DNA of 64,000 nucleotides from the human T2T-CHM13v2.0 reference genome, Homo sapiens. Both the position numbers and the translations under genes were made by a program. The stretch's first letter is position 1; each line of letters opens with the position of its first letter. The notes below the pieces were generated by a model that made no database searches, was not told the DNA's origin, and was given only the letters and a program-made list of their open reading frames with translations. Shown here piece by piece: positions 32,041 through 49,080 of the stretch. The stretch is taken from NCBI RefSeq assembly GCF_009914755.1, contig NC_060927.1; one strand, 5' to 3'.

Positions 32041-32600
32041 ATACGGATGTTAAAATAAAAAGTAAAAATTTCCTTTACTCATATAATATTCTTGAAAAAA
32101 ATCATAAAACAAAACAAAACAAAAAACCCAATCCACACCAAACCAAATTAAACCAAACCAAACTAAGTCAAACCAAAAGTCTAACATCAATGTAAGCACT
32201 TCTGGAAAAAATCACTACTTTTTTAAAAAAATAGGAAAAATAGCTGCACACATATTAGGCACATTTGAGAAAAAAAACAGTTTTCATTAAGTCATCTGAA
32301 TTTACGTACCTTTCATATCTGAAACACATTTATCTCACATTTCCTGGTTTTCTAACCAAAAGTTTGATTCAGAATACCTGCCATCTTTTCAAACTCTCTG
32401 ATGAATTTACTGTCACCAGAAGCTATTTCTTTTAATGTACCAACAGATATAATGAATTAGACATAGTCTGATGTTATTAGGAGCTGAGCTTCTTAAAACA
32501 TGGTTAACTGAGTAATAAAGAATGCCTCTCCACTCAGTTACGTATTTTTTTGTCATCAAAAATAGAATTATTTTAAATGGTCAAGAATGACATGTACTCC

Positions 32601-32905
32601 GGCCAGGTGCAGTGGCTCACACCTGTAATCCCAGCACTTTGAGAGGCCAAGGCAGGTAGCTCAACTGACATCAGGAGTTTGAGACCAGCCTGGCCAACGT
32701 GGCGAAACCCCGTCTCTACCGAAAATACAAAAATTAGCTGGGTGTGGTGGTTTGCGCCTGTATCCCAGTTACTCAGGAGGCTGAGACACGAGAATCACTC
32801 GAACCTGGGAGGTAGAGGTTGCAGTGAGCCAAGATCACACCACGGCACTCCAGCCTGGGTGACAGAGCGAGACTCTGTCTCAAAACTAAAAATAAATTTA
32901 AAAAA
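32601..32905 (+). mobile_element. Alu (AluS)
   Basis: Full Alu. Confidence 0.95.
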
Positions 32906-33055
32906 GAGTAACTTGTATTCAATGATTCATTTACTAGAGTTAACAATAACTATATTTAAACAAGCAACCTGGAACAAGATCAAAAGAAATCCAAAGACCT
33001 AGATACAGTTAAGTAGATTTGTTTTTATCTCCTACAAATTTTCTTTCCTATATAT

Positions 33056-33365
<310 letters not shown>

Positions 33366-33440
33366 TGAAATACAAACACCAGAACAGTTTTCTTTAAAAT
33401 ACCAATGTCATCATATCATTCACATGCTTAGAATTTTTCA

Positions 33441-34565
<1,125 letters not shown>

Positions 34566-35876
34566 TAGTAATTCAAAAAGAAGAGACTAGTAAGCATTAA
34601 AAACATCCTGAAATTTTTTCCTTTCCATAGCAATATTGAAAAAAAAAAACTAAGTTTATCATTCTGTGAAAAAAAAAAATTCTCTTCTATGTGGCAGCCC
34701 CAAACCTACCTTTCCAGCTGCATCTCCCACTGTTTCCCTATGAGCACTTGCATTTCCAGCCAGTTGGGTCTCTGAGTAAGTCTTGTTCTTTCTTGGTGCT
34801 ATGCCTATGTTCATACCATCTTCTCTACATAGAAAACTTTCACCAGCTCTTCCTATCCATATCAATTTTACTTATCTCTAAAAATCAGGCTCATATCCTC
34901 TGTGCTGTGTGAGGATTTCTTTGACTCCTAACTCGTCAAGTCAATCTTTCTAATTCCCATACCAAAAAGCATTCTTGTTCCAGTTCTTAATGTTGCTGTT
35001 AGGTTGTAAGGTGTGTCACCATTTGTTACCACGAAGAATTAAAGCAGAAGATTATGAATTTTAAAGTCATTAATTAATTGAAGCATTTTAAAGATTCTTT
35101 CCCACATGAATGCCACTTTCCCCCACCTGAGTCTGGCTGGGCTTTCTGTATGGGGGGCCACCTCTACAGCACTGGTGACAGCATGTCACCTGGTGTCTGC
35201 CCAGGAGTGTGTCTTGCTGAATGATTCTGAGTGCAACACTTTGCCATCCACTCAGCTTGTCCTTTAAGATCAGCCCCCAGGGCTCATGTTGGAGTATCAG
35301 ACACCTCTAAAATATTGAGACTCCTGTGCAGGGATTTACGGTAGGGGAGGACCCTTGAGATGACTCCAAATCTATAATGTCCCTAGCAGCTTCAGCAGTT
35401 ACCAGTGGGTGGAGATGTTAGGAAAGGAGTTATAGTTTGGGTGTAGTGACATGGTGGAGACAACACAGAAGCTGCCAGGACAGGCAGTGGTAGAGAGATG
35501 ATAGAGACCACTTTGCAACTGAAAAAAACTTTGGGAAAACACGAGACCACCCCATCCCCACCCCTGCTTAGAGACTCCCAGAAATAGTTGGGTGGTATTT
35601 GAGAGTGGTCAGATTTCCCAGAGTTGAAGGCGACAGCAGAGTCAGAGAAATAACATTTTTACCATTACTGTGACTATTTTATTTCAGACAGGTGTGGCCT
35701 AGGACAACATGGGTTATATTCAGATGTGTTTATTTGCCATCTTAAGGCACACAGAAACAGCAGAGAGATAAAAATAGTTGCGTTTAGGTTACAGGATTAT
35801 GGGTAATTTTTGTGGCAACAGTTTAATAACATATATAGTTATTATTAACCAGTTACCACAGAATTAACAAATATTA

Positions 35877-36267
<391 letters not shown>

Positions 36268-36684
36268 TCACACATATGTACAAGGCATACCTTGTTTTAT
36301 CATGATTCACTTTATTGCATTTCACATATGTATATTGCATTTTTACAAATTGAAGGTTTGTAGCAACCCTGGGTCAAGCAAGTCTATTGGCACATTTTTT
36401 CCAATAGCATATACTCACTTCCTTCTTGTGTCACATTTTGGTAATTCTCATAATATTTCTAACTTTATTTTTATATCTGTCATGGTGATCTATGATAAGT
36501 GACCTTTGATGTTACTATTGTGACTGTTTTGGGGCACCATGAACTGTACTCATACAAGATAGTGAACTTAGTTAATGTCGTGTGTGCTCTGACTGTTCCA
36601 CCAACTGCTCAGTCCCCCATCTCTCTCCCTCTCCTCCGGCCTCTCTATTCTCTGAGACATGATGATGTTTAAATTGGGTCAATT

Positions 36685-37000
36685 GGCCAGGCACGGTGGC
36701 TCACGCCTGTAATCCCAGCACTTTGGGAGGCCGAGGCAGGTGGATCACGAGGTCAGGAGTTCAAGACCAGCCTGGCCAAGATGGTGAAACCCCGTCTCTA
36801 CTAAAAATACAAAAAATTAGCCAAGCATGGTGGCATGCCCCTGTAATCCCAGCTACTCCGGAGGCTGAGGCAGATACTTGCTTAAACCTGGAGAGGCGGA
36901 GGTTGCAGTCAGCCGAGATCACGCCACTGAACTCCAGCCTGGGTGACAGAGCAAGGCTCTGTGTCAAAAAAATAAAGAAAAAAAAAAAGAAAGAAAGAAA
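36685..37000 (+). mobile_element. Alu (AluSg-like) inside Tigger1
   Basis: TSD aaattgggtcaatt. Confidence 0.95.
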
Positions 37001-38429
37001 TTGGGTCAATTAATCACCCTACAATGGCCTCTAGGTGTTCAAGTGAAAGAAAGAGTCATGCATCTCTCACTTTAAATCAAAAGCTAGAAATGATTAAGTT
37101 TAGTGAGGAAGACATGTCAAAAGCTGAGATAGGCCAGAAACTAGGCCTCTTGCACCAAACATCCAAGTTGTGAATGCGAAGGTAAAGTTCTTGAAGGAAA
37201 TTAAAAGTCCAACTCTAGCAACACACTAATGATAAGAAATTGAAACAGCCTTATTGCTGATATGGTGAAAGTTTGAATGGTCTGGATAGAAGATCAAACC
37301 AGCCATAACATTCCCTTAAGCCAAAACCTAATCCAGAACAAGGCCCTAACTCTCTTCAATTCTGTGAAGGCTGAGAGAGTGAGGAAGCTACAGAAGAAAA
37401 GTCTGACGGTGGCAGAGGCTGTTGCATAAGGTTTTAGGAGAGAAACTCTCTCTGTAACATAAAAGTACGAAGTGAAGCAACATGTGCTGATGTAGAAGCT
37501 GCAACAAGTTATCCAGAAGATCTAGCTAACATAATTGATAAAGATGGCTACACTAAACAACAGATTTTCAATATAGACAAAACAGCCTTCTATTGGAAGA
37601 AGATGCCATCTAGGACCTTCTTAGCTAGAAAGAAGTCAATACCTGGCTTCAAAGCTTCAAAGGACAGGTTGACTCTCTTGTTATGGGTTAATACAGCTGG
37701 TGACTTTAAGTGGAAGCCGATGCTTACTTACCATCCCCCAAATCTTAGAGGTGACAGCGTTCTGGAGCCCTCACAGCCCTCCCTCGCTCTGGGTGCCTCC
37801 TCGGCCTTGGCGCCCACTCTGGCTGCGCTTGGGGAGCCCTTCAGCCTGCCGCAGCACTGTGGGAGACCCTCTCTGGACTAGTGGAGGCGCAGCCGGCTCC
37901 CTCTGCTTGTGGGGAGGTGTGGAGGTAGAGGCGCGGGCGGGAACCCGGGCTGCGGGCGCTCTCAGGCCAGCGAGAGTTCCGGGTGGGCATGGGCTGCACG
38001 GGCCCGCACTTGGAGCCGCCGGCCGGCGCTGCAGGCCCCGGGCAGTGAGGAGCTTAGCACCCAGGCCAGCAGCTGCGGAGGGTGCGCGGGGTCCCCCAGC
38101 AGTGCTGGCCCGCCGGCGCTGCGCTGGAATTCTCGCCAGGCCTCAGCTGCCTCCCCGCGGGGCAGGGCTCGGGACCGGCAGCCCGCCATTCCCGAGCCTT
38201 CCCCTACATCATGTGCTCCTGCACCGCCCAAGCCTCCCCTACGAGCGCCGCCCCCTGCTCTGCGGCGCCCGGTCCCATCGACCGCCCAAGGGCTGAGGAG
38301 TGCTGGCGCACTGCGCGGGACTGGCGGGCAGCTCCGCCTGCGGCCCCCGTGCAGGATCTACTAGGTGAAGCCAGCTGGGCTCCTGAGTCTAGTGGGGACT
38401 TGGAGAACCTTTATGTCTAGCTAAAGGAT

Positions 38430-38930
38430 TGTAAATACACCAATCAGTACTCTGTGTCTAGCTCAAGGTTTGTAAACACACCAATCAGCACCCTGTGTCT
38501 AGCTAAAGCTTTGTAAATGCACCAATCAGTGCTCTGTGTCTAGCTAATCTAGTGGGGACTTGAAGAACTTTTGTGTCTAACTCAGGGATTGCAAATGCGC
38601 ATTTATGCGTGTTCTGTGGGTAAACTGTTATCAAACAGCATCTCATGCTACAGAGAGATCTTTTGTGAAAGGCAGAGTCAATTGATGCATCAAACTTCAT
38701 GGTTGTCTCATTTTTAAAAATTGCCACAGCCATCCCAACCTTTAGCAACCACCACCCTGATCGGTCAGCAGCTATCAACATTGAGGCAAGATCCTTCACC
38801 TGTCAAAACAGACCAATCAGCTCTCTGTAAAACAGACCAATCAGCTCTCTATAAAATGGACCAATCAGCAGGATGTGGCTGGGGCCAGATAAGGGAATAA
38901 AAGCAAGCTGCCCCAGCTGGCAGTGGCAAC
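38430..38930 (+). promoter_or_regulatory. LTR12 promoter region: CCAAT (NF-Y) array, GATA, AATAAA TATA-like box
   Basis: Repeated ccaatcag, agataag at ~38887 and AATAAA at 38896-38901, matching the known ERV9 LTR promoter architecture. Activity is not shown. Confidence 0.6.
38612..38800 (+). repeat. 189-bp copy of 40179-40367 (Tigger1 segment) inserted inside LTR12
   Basis: Direct comparison shows 4 mismatches in 189 bp. Confidence 0.97.
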
Positions 38931-40460
38931 CCGCTCGGGTCCTTTCCACACTGTGGAAGCTTTGTTCTTTCACTCTTTGCAATAAATCTTGCTGCTGCTC
39001 ACTCTTTGGGTCCGCACTGCCTCTATGAGCTGTAACACTCACCGCGAAGGTCTGCAGCTTCACTCCTGAGGCCAGCGAGACCAGGAACCCACTGGGCGGA
39101 ATGAACAACTCCCCACGGCAGGAATGAACAACTCCAGAGGAGCCACCTTAAGAGCTGTAACACTTACTGCAAAGGTCTGCAGCTTCACTCCTGAAGCCAG
39201 CGAGACCACGAACCCCCCAGAAGGAAGAAACTCCGAACACGTCTGAACATCAGAAGGAACAAACTCCGGACACACCATCTTTAAGAACTGTAACACTCCC
39301 CGCGAGGGTCCGTGGCTTCATTCTTGAAGTCAGTGAGACCAAGAACCCACCAATTCCAGACACATTAGGACCCTCAAGAATTATGCTAAATCTGCTGTAC
39401 CTGTGCTCTATAAATGTAACAACACAGCCTGGATGACAGCACATCAGTTTACAGAATGGTTTACTGAATATTTTAATTCCACTGTTGAGACAGTGGGATT
39501 AAATGCTCAAGCGAAAGCATTCCCTTGAATATATTAGTGGTCATCAACAATGCAGCTGGTCACCCAAGAACTCTGAGGAGATGTAAAAGGAGATTAATGT
39601 TTTCATGCTGCTAACATGCATCTATTCTGCAGCCCATGGCTCAAAGAGTAATTTTGATTTTGGGGTCTTATTATTTAAAATATGTATTTCACAAGGCTAT
39701 ATCTGCCATAGCTAGTGATTCCTCAGATGGATCTGGGAAAAGTAAATTGAAAACCTCATAGAAAGGATTCACCATTCTAGATGCCATTAAGAACATTTGT
39801 GACTCATGAGAGGAGGTCAAAATATCAACTTGAACAGGAGTTCGGAAGTAGCTGATTTCAACCCTCATGAATGAGTTAAAGGAGGTCAAGACTTCAGTGA
39901 AGGAAGTCACTTCAGATGCAGTGCAAATAGCAAGAGAACTAGAATTAGAATTGGAGCCTGAGAACTAGAACTAGAATTAGAAGTTACCATCTCATGACCA
40001 AACTTGAACGGGTGAGGAATTGCTTCTTATGGATGGACAAGGAAAGTGGTTGCTTGAAATGGAATCCGGTGAAGATGCTGTGAACATAGTTGAAACGATA
40101 ACAAAGAAATTATTACGTAATCTCAGTTCATAAAGCAGTGGCAGGCTTTGAGTGGATTGACTCCAATTCTGAAAAATATTCTGTGGGTAAACTGTTATCA
40201 AACAGCATCTCATGCTACAGAGAGATCTTTTGTGAAAGGCAGAGTCAACTGATGCATCAAACTTCATGGTTGTCTTATTTTTAAAAATTGCCACAGCCAT
40301 CCCAACCTTTAGCAACCACCACCCTGATCAGTCAGCAGCTATCAACACTGAGGCAAGATCCTTCACCAGCCAAAAAAAAATTACAACCTGCTGAAGGCTC
40401 AGGTGAGCATTAGGATTTTTTAAGCAATAAGATATTTTTAAATTAAGGTACAAACATTAT

Positions 40461-40812
<352 letters not shown>

Positions 40813-40894
40813 TAGACATAATGTTATTGCACACTTAATAGACTATGGTATAGTATAAATAAAACTTTTATATGCATTGGGAAACCAAAAAATT

Positions 40895-41566
<672 letters not shown>

Positions 41567-42268
41567 TGAGGCCCCCTTCAGTTTCTGGTAGGAAAAGCCA
41601 ATGTGTTTGGAGACAGAGGAAGAAAAGGTTCTATCAGGACATGAACAGGGAGATGGGAGATAAGTAGTCACTACCTGTGCACCAAGGAAAGATAAAAGAG
41701 AAAAGTAAATGATACAAGCTCTCTAGACATCAGGGTCAGCTTAGGGTAAGATCAGCTCGTAGACAGAATAGGTCTTTAGTCCAGTTCAATTCCACCCTCG
41801 TCTCCTTGGATCTCATTTTCTTCCATTTCTCCTTCAAATCCTTATTAAAATCTATGAAAGCACACCTCATTTCTTTGCCTGACTTTGTGTTTCTTGGGGC
41901 TCTATTAGCACAAGCGCTCATCCTCTGACTCTGAGTTCTTGAACCCCAGTTCTGGCTTTACTTTCAAGCACCAACTAGGGGATCCTGGACACCACATAAT
42001 GCCCTTTAGGCCTCAGAAGATTCCCTCACATTAAGCTGGCTGTGTGGTGGCCTAACTCCCAGCTGCCACCTGCCGTCTTGCCCTGTGGATGTTCATCTAC
42101 CAGGGAAGAGCTTTGGTGCAGACCCGGGCAATCAGTACAGTTTCATGAATGACATGGGCTCCTTTCCCGGGTGGACTGCATTCCTATCATTCCTGAGAGC
42201 ATGCTCTGCTCTGATCCGTAACTTATCTGACCTCAGGAAGGCTTGAGAACATGTAAAGAAAGCAAATG

Positions 42269-42424
42269 AGCTGGGTATGGTGGCACATGCCTGTACTCCC
42301 AGCTACTTGGGAGGCTGAGATGGGGAGGATCACTTGAGGCCAGTAGTTCAAGGCTGCAGTGAGCCGTGATTGTGCCACTGCACTCCAGCCTGGGTGAAAG
42401 AGTGAGACATTGTCTCTAAAGAAA
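42269..42424 (+). mobile_element. FRAM / Alu right monomer
   Basis: Single right arm. Confidence 0.85.
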
Positions 42425-42654
42425 GTAGACTGTGGCTAAGGTCAGGCCCAGGCCATTCTTTCTGGGCCTACTGCTCTGTCAAGGATTTCTGGGGTTTACC
42501 ATGCTTTAACCTCTGGGGCCTCTTCAGACTTCATGAATAGCATTTAGGTAAGCCAAGGTTGTAGATGGCCCCCAGGTCACATGACTCCCCCACCCCCATC
42601 CCAAGTGGCTTACTGAGTCTCAGATTTGTCTGATGCATTCATTAAGAAAATCCC

Positions 42655-42955
42655 AGCTGGGTGCGGTGGCTCACACCTGTAATCCCAGCACTTCGGGAGG
42701 CCAAGGCGGGCGGATCACAAGGTCAGGAGATCGAGACCATCCTGGCTAACATGGTGAAACCCCGTCTCTACTAAAAATACAAAAAATTAGCTGGGCGTGG
42801 TGGCAGGCACCTATAGTCCCAGCTATTCGGGAGGCTGAGGCAGGAGAATGGCGTGAACCTGGGAGGCGGAGCTTGAGTGAGCAGAGATCGCGTCACTGCA
42901 CTCCAGCCTGGGTGACAGAGCGAGACTCCGTCTCAAAAAAACAAAAACAAGAAAA
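42655..42955 (+). mobile_element. AluY
   Basis: Diagnostic gagatcgagaccatcctggctaac and gaatggcgtgaacc; TSD-like aagaaaa(t/c)ccca. Confidence 0.95.
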
Positions 42956-43347
42956 CCCCACGCAGAGTAAAGTGCTTCTACAGAGCCTATGAGAAATCCT
43001 TCCTTTTGTCTTTACTTGGTCCATACACTATTCCAGGTGGCTCCAGGGATTCCTGGCCTGGTTAATATAAAGGAAACTTCTGGTAGCCTGACAGAAACTC
43101 TAGTCTAGGTTCCAGGTTTTCATCAGTTGAGAATTAATGGTTAACTCCCAATATCCTGAAGAAGAATCAGGGCTGTTTAATGCCCCAACATTGCCAAATA
43201 ACAAGCTTTCTGTTGAACACCTAAAGCCTGCAGAGTTTCACTAATCCCATTGAGATCCTGACTTTTGGGACCAGACTGGACATCCCAGAGTTGCCAAAGA
43301 CACCACACCCAGCATGAAATACTATGGCTTCAGGGCAGGCTCTAGAT

Positions 43348-43510
43348 CAGTCTTCTGACACTTTAATGTGCTTGTGAGTCATCTGGGGATTTTGTAAAAA
43401 ATGTAGATTCTGATTCAGCAGATCTGGGTGGGGCCTAAGATTCTGCATTTCTAACAGGTTCCCAGGTGGTGCTGATACTGCTGGCCTGAGGATCACACTT
43501 TGAGTGGCAA
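43348..43510. mobile_element. MER5A/B (hAT)
   Basis: gattctgattcagcagatctgggtggggcctaagattctgcatttctaacaggttcccaggtg. Confidence 0.85.
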
Positions 43511-43988
43511 TACTGTGAAGGCAGCAGTGTGGATGGAAAACACTCCAGAGTTCAGATTCCCTTCAATGAATATAGTTTTCCTGCAGCTGGAACGGAAAGT
43601 AGCTTTGAGACAAATGGTAATAGTCTTTATCCACTTGGCCTTTGACATCCCCTTGTAAGCAAGCAGAGACAAGGGAAGTGATTAGTGCTCAAGAGGAACC
43701 CACACACGTAGGTATTTCTGCCCAGCGGCACATATAACACCTCAAATGCTCACCTCATATCACCCCATCCCTCACCCACCCAGTGATGCTGACTGTTTTA
43801 GCCTTTAGGCCCTAGATAGGGCAGAAGAGAGGGTGTGAAATTGCTCAGTGACTGAACAAGGGTTAGTTCTGGAGAGCTGGGATTCTTAGAGAAGGTAACA
43901 GGGTTCTTTTCTCTTCAGTCTCTACTGGCTGTCCAGGTAGTAGTTGGCAGCTCACTGGGAAGGGCACTGTGATAGTCAGAAACAAATA

Positions 43989-44535
<547 letters not shown>

Positions 44536-44960
44536 CTAGGACTTTTCCAGGTGTAGAAGGAGGCATGGAAGGGTTTTCTACCCAGCATTTTCCTCAGGAA
44601 AGGGCCAGGAAGAGAGAGTAGCTCCAAATAGAAGCCCCTGGACCAAGATTCCTCAGAACATATGACATACGGAAGGTGACTGAAAGAGGAGCAAAGGCGC
44701 TTGCTGAATATTAGATACATGATTGGGCAGATGGAGCGTCTACTGTGGTATGAAGTTTTTCTCTTTTCTCTTTTAATGTTTCTTTGAGTGATTTTATAAG
44801 TATTTCTAGTAAAGTTAAAAGTAGATAAAGAGATGATTGCTGTAATGAAAGGGGTGTTTATGAGCTTCTCAAAGATCTTTGCACCAGAAAGAGATCAAAG
44901 TCAGACCACAGTGCTGCAGGGGTGGGTCTGTTGCCTACCGCCAGCTGCAAAGGGGCATAA

Positions 44961-44977
44961 TTGCCATCTAGTGGCAC
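44961..44977 (-). promoter_or_regulatory. Candidate CTCF site
   Basis: Minus strand reads gtgCCACTAGATGGCAa, matching the CTCF core CCASYAGRKGGC, in unique DNA. Confidence 0.6.
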
Positions 44978-45955
44978 AAACCCACAAGTGTGAGCTCCAT
45001 TCTTGGCGTCTGTAGTCTCTTCAGGTAAGAAATTGTTATGGCCTATACAACCTCCTCTGTCCTCTTCCAGTTCCTAGGCCCTTAGTTTGGTTACTGGAGA
45101 AGATTGGTCCAACTAGGAAAATGTCAAATGGACAGTATTATGCAAGAGATTAATTCATATTAAAATGTAAAGAGTCACTCAAATGAATGTGAATGACTGA
45201 TGTTGCCTTGATGTCTAATTTGAGAGAGGAGAGGTGTTGGTGGAAGGACCAGGAGAACAGGAAGAGCAGGAATAGGGTGGGGATGGGCTGTCCCTAAGAG
45301 AAGGAACAAATACAGGAAGAGGCCCTGCAGGAGCAGCTGCCTTTGATTTTACTTGTTTACCTTCTCCTGGGAAGAAGCAAATAGAAGTTGCTCGTGACAT
45401 TATTTTCAGAGCTATTTTCAGATAGTGTGGCTAGAAAGGGCCGCGGTGCTATTTTGCTAGCAAGAGTGTTTAGCACGGCTAATTTTATCACAGAGTGGCT
45501 TTGTTCCTAGATGCACCAGCATGTTGAATTAAACATTTTGAAGAAAGGAATCCCCTATCAGTGCTTCCTTGATGATGTGTGGTAGCTCCTTTGGCACCAT
45601 GAGGGCCAGAGCATGGTCTTCTGCCAGTGCCTGACAGGGGATCATTGGTTAGAGTCTGTTTCAGTTTTCATACTGGGCTCCAATTCTCCAGGGCCCCTTA
45701 TTATTTGCCTAATTCTTACATTACATAGAGAGAGCCCCAGGGCTCCTTATAGACTGTGAAAAGGTGTTTTCAGATAAGGAGGGTGACATGTAGCAAAGCA
45801 GAGCCATTATAGAGCAGGTGAGAGCCGGAATCCAAAGGAGGCCACGATCAATAAAACACAGGTAAAATGGGATTTCTGCAATCAAGGATTTTACAATCAG
45901 ACCTACACCATTCTCATTTTGGCTTCTGATGAGCTGTGTGACAATTTAATTTTAA

Positions 45956-46246
<291 letters not shown>

Positions 46247-46884
46247 TCTGTGTGACAATTTAGGCAAGTTAGCTGATCTCTGGGGTCAGTTTCTTTGTCA
46301 GTAAAATGGAAATAAAAAGGTGCTGTGGTTTTTTTTCCAATGCCTACCTCCAAATCTCCCTTCTGAGTACCCCACTTCCTTCACTGTGCCTCCCCACTTC
46401 CTGTTGGCACAGTACCATCCTCCAGTGTTGCTCAGAGATCCCCCTCTTCTAGAAAGAGGAGTTCTCGTGGGGGATGGAACAAAACCACAATGAAGGTATA
46501 TGAAGGCTGAAGCTTCTGAGCTGCTAAGAGATGTTCAGTGTTTGGGCTACCAGGTGGAGGACCCCTCCTTTCAGAATCTCCTGGCTTCTCTTTGGAATCC
46601 CTTCCTCCCTCTCATGCAAGGGACTGTATAGGGGCCCCTTACCAAAAGTCTAGGTGTGGGTGGCTCAGGCTGACACTGCTCTGAGTCTAAATGAGGGATG
46701 GCTTTTCCCTAGGCACTAATTATTTGGTTCCCTTTTCCAAAGGGGCTCTTTTCACCACCTGAGTGTTAAAACCTCAAAAGGTCCAGATTAAGAAGCTAGA
46801 CCCGAAGAAAAGAGTTTTAGAAAAACCGCCAGCTGCTCTTAGCCCTATTCTGGGATTTCTCATATTCGGATTATATACAATCCT

Positions 46885-47465
46885 CTTTTTAAAAAAATTG
46901 TGGTAAAATACACATGTCATAAAATTTAGCATTTTAAGCTTTTTTTTTTTTTTTTTTTGAAACAAGGTCTCGCTCTGTCACACAGGTTGGAGTGCAGTGA
47001 TACAATCATAGCTCATTGCTGCCTCCACCTCCTGGGCTCAGGTGATCCTCCTGCCTCAGCCTCCTGAGTAGCTGGGACCACAGTCAGCTAATTTTTTATT
47101 TTTGTAGAGACAGGGTTTCCCTATGTTGCCCAGGATGGTCTCAAATTCCTGGGCCCAAGGATCTTATCAACTTTACCTCTCAAAGTGCTGGGCTTACAGG
47201 CATGAGCCATTGCACCTGGCCCTTTTGAAGCATTTTTAAGTGTAAAGTTCAGTGGTAATAAGTAGATTTACATTGTTGTACAGTCATCACCACTATCCAT
47301 TTCCAGAACTTTTTCCATCATCCCATATTGAGATTCCATACCCATTAAACACTAACTCTCCATTCCACTCTCCCCCGACTCCCTGGTAACTGCTATTCTA
47401 CTTTCCGTCTCTCTGAATTCTAGGTAACTTAAATAAATGGAATCATATTTGTCCTTTTGTGTCTT
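46885..47465 (-). mobile_element. L1MB-type 3' end interrupted by Alu
   Basis: ttgtggtaaaatacac ... ccctggtaactgctattctactttccgtctct ... ggaatcatatttgtcc. Confidence 0.8.
46940..47222 (-). mobile_element. Alu (AluJ)
   Basis: Reverse Alu. Confidence 0.93.
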
Positions 47466-48358
47466 ATACAGGCCTCTTTTAAAGGAAAAAAATTGTATGT
47501 TATAGACATGCTGTACTGAGTATTCTGATGTTACATACACGTACACATACGTGTAAAAGTAGATATAAAATGCTAAGCTTATAGCTCCACTTAAGCTTAG
47601 GCAATTATAAAATAAAATTACCAAACTAAACCTAAAAATCCACAAAATCTTGTATTATTAAGTTTAGTGTGAGAGATAATGTTTTGCTAAAACAAAACTT
47701 CCAAAGGCATCTAATAATAGAAATAGTTTTGGGTCTGGTTTCTACATTTAATTTGTGTTTGCATTTTGGCTCCAATTATTTTAATGCAGAGACTAACTGC
47801 ACACATATGTTGTAGAAAATGTTACTAGTAACATCAAAGCTTTGTTTGATACTGCAGGATAATCAGGCCACATACTTAGCCATAATATTGCCAGTAAGCA
47901 ATTCTTGGAGGCCAATTTTAATGAGGCATTACTAGATAATAATGTAAAATTATCTCTTCTTGGAGATAAAAGTAATATTGTGGTATTGTTGAAATATGAA
48001 TTAAAGGGGCATCTACTCTAATTCTTGTTAGAATTGGGAAGAGAGAAACCCTTTATTGTGATTACCTACTATACTTGCTGCTAATGAACTGTTGCAAGTT
48101 GATATATACAAAGATAAGCTTTAAGTAATGGAATCTAAATACGAAATTGCCAGCAATGTCCAGGTTCTCTTGAGTTCAGTGTACTTATAAAACTATCTTG
48201 ATTGCTATGAAACAAGCCACCCCAAAGCTGAATGGCTTAAAAGAACATGTGTCTCTCAAGTCTATGATTTAGGCAGAGCTTGCTAAGGATAGCTTATCTC
48301 TACTCCACTAGACCTTACCTGGGGTGGCTCAAATACTAGAGGCTGAAATCACCTCACG

Positions 48359-48573
48359 CAGAGGTCAATAAACATTTTCTGTAAAGGACCATATAGTAAA
48401 TGATTTTCAGCTTTGTGGGCCATGCAGTCTCCGTTGTTAATACATTCTGCCATTGTAGTGCAAGAGCAGCCATAGACAAGTAAATGGACATAGCTGTAGT
48501 CCAATAAAACTTTACTTATAAAAACAGGCAGCAGGCTAGATTTGGCCCTCAGTTCAAAATCTGCCAACCCCTG
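48359..48573. mobile_element. MER58A (hAT)
   Basis: cagaggtcaataaacattttctgtaaagg ... ccaataaaactttact ... gccaacccctg. Confidence 0.85.
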
Positions 48574-48579
48574 ATCTAA

Positions 48580-49080
<501 letters not shown>

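Larger units (their letters stand above)
37749..39364 (+). mobile_element. LTR12 (ERV9; LTR12C/E-like) solo LTR inside Tigger1
   Basis: Starts aggtgacagcgt, has a CpG-rich U3 and tandem accaatcagc repeats, and ends ccaattccagacaca. TSD TTAG (37745-37748 and 39365-39368). Confidence 0.95.

Noticed and set aside
37700-38420. Long GC-rich ORFs (198, 151 and 112 aa) and a CpG-island-like region
   Set aside because: They lie almost entirely within the LTR12 U3. High GC content explains the lack of stops; this is not a gene or genic CpG island.
38400-38870. Regularly spaced repeats superficially like a CRISPR array
   Set aside because: These are LTR12 U3 tandem repeats in a eukaryotic genome, with no unique spacers or cas genes.
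37060-40300. Tigger1 transposase as a TIGD1-like domesticated gene
   Set aside because: It has multiple stops and frameshifts and is interrupted by LTR12.
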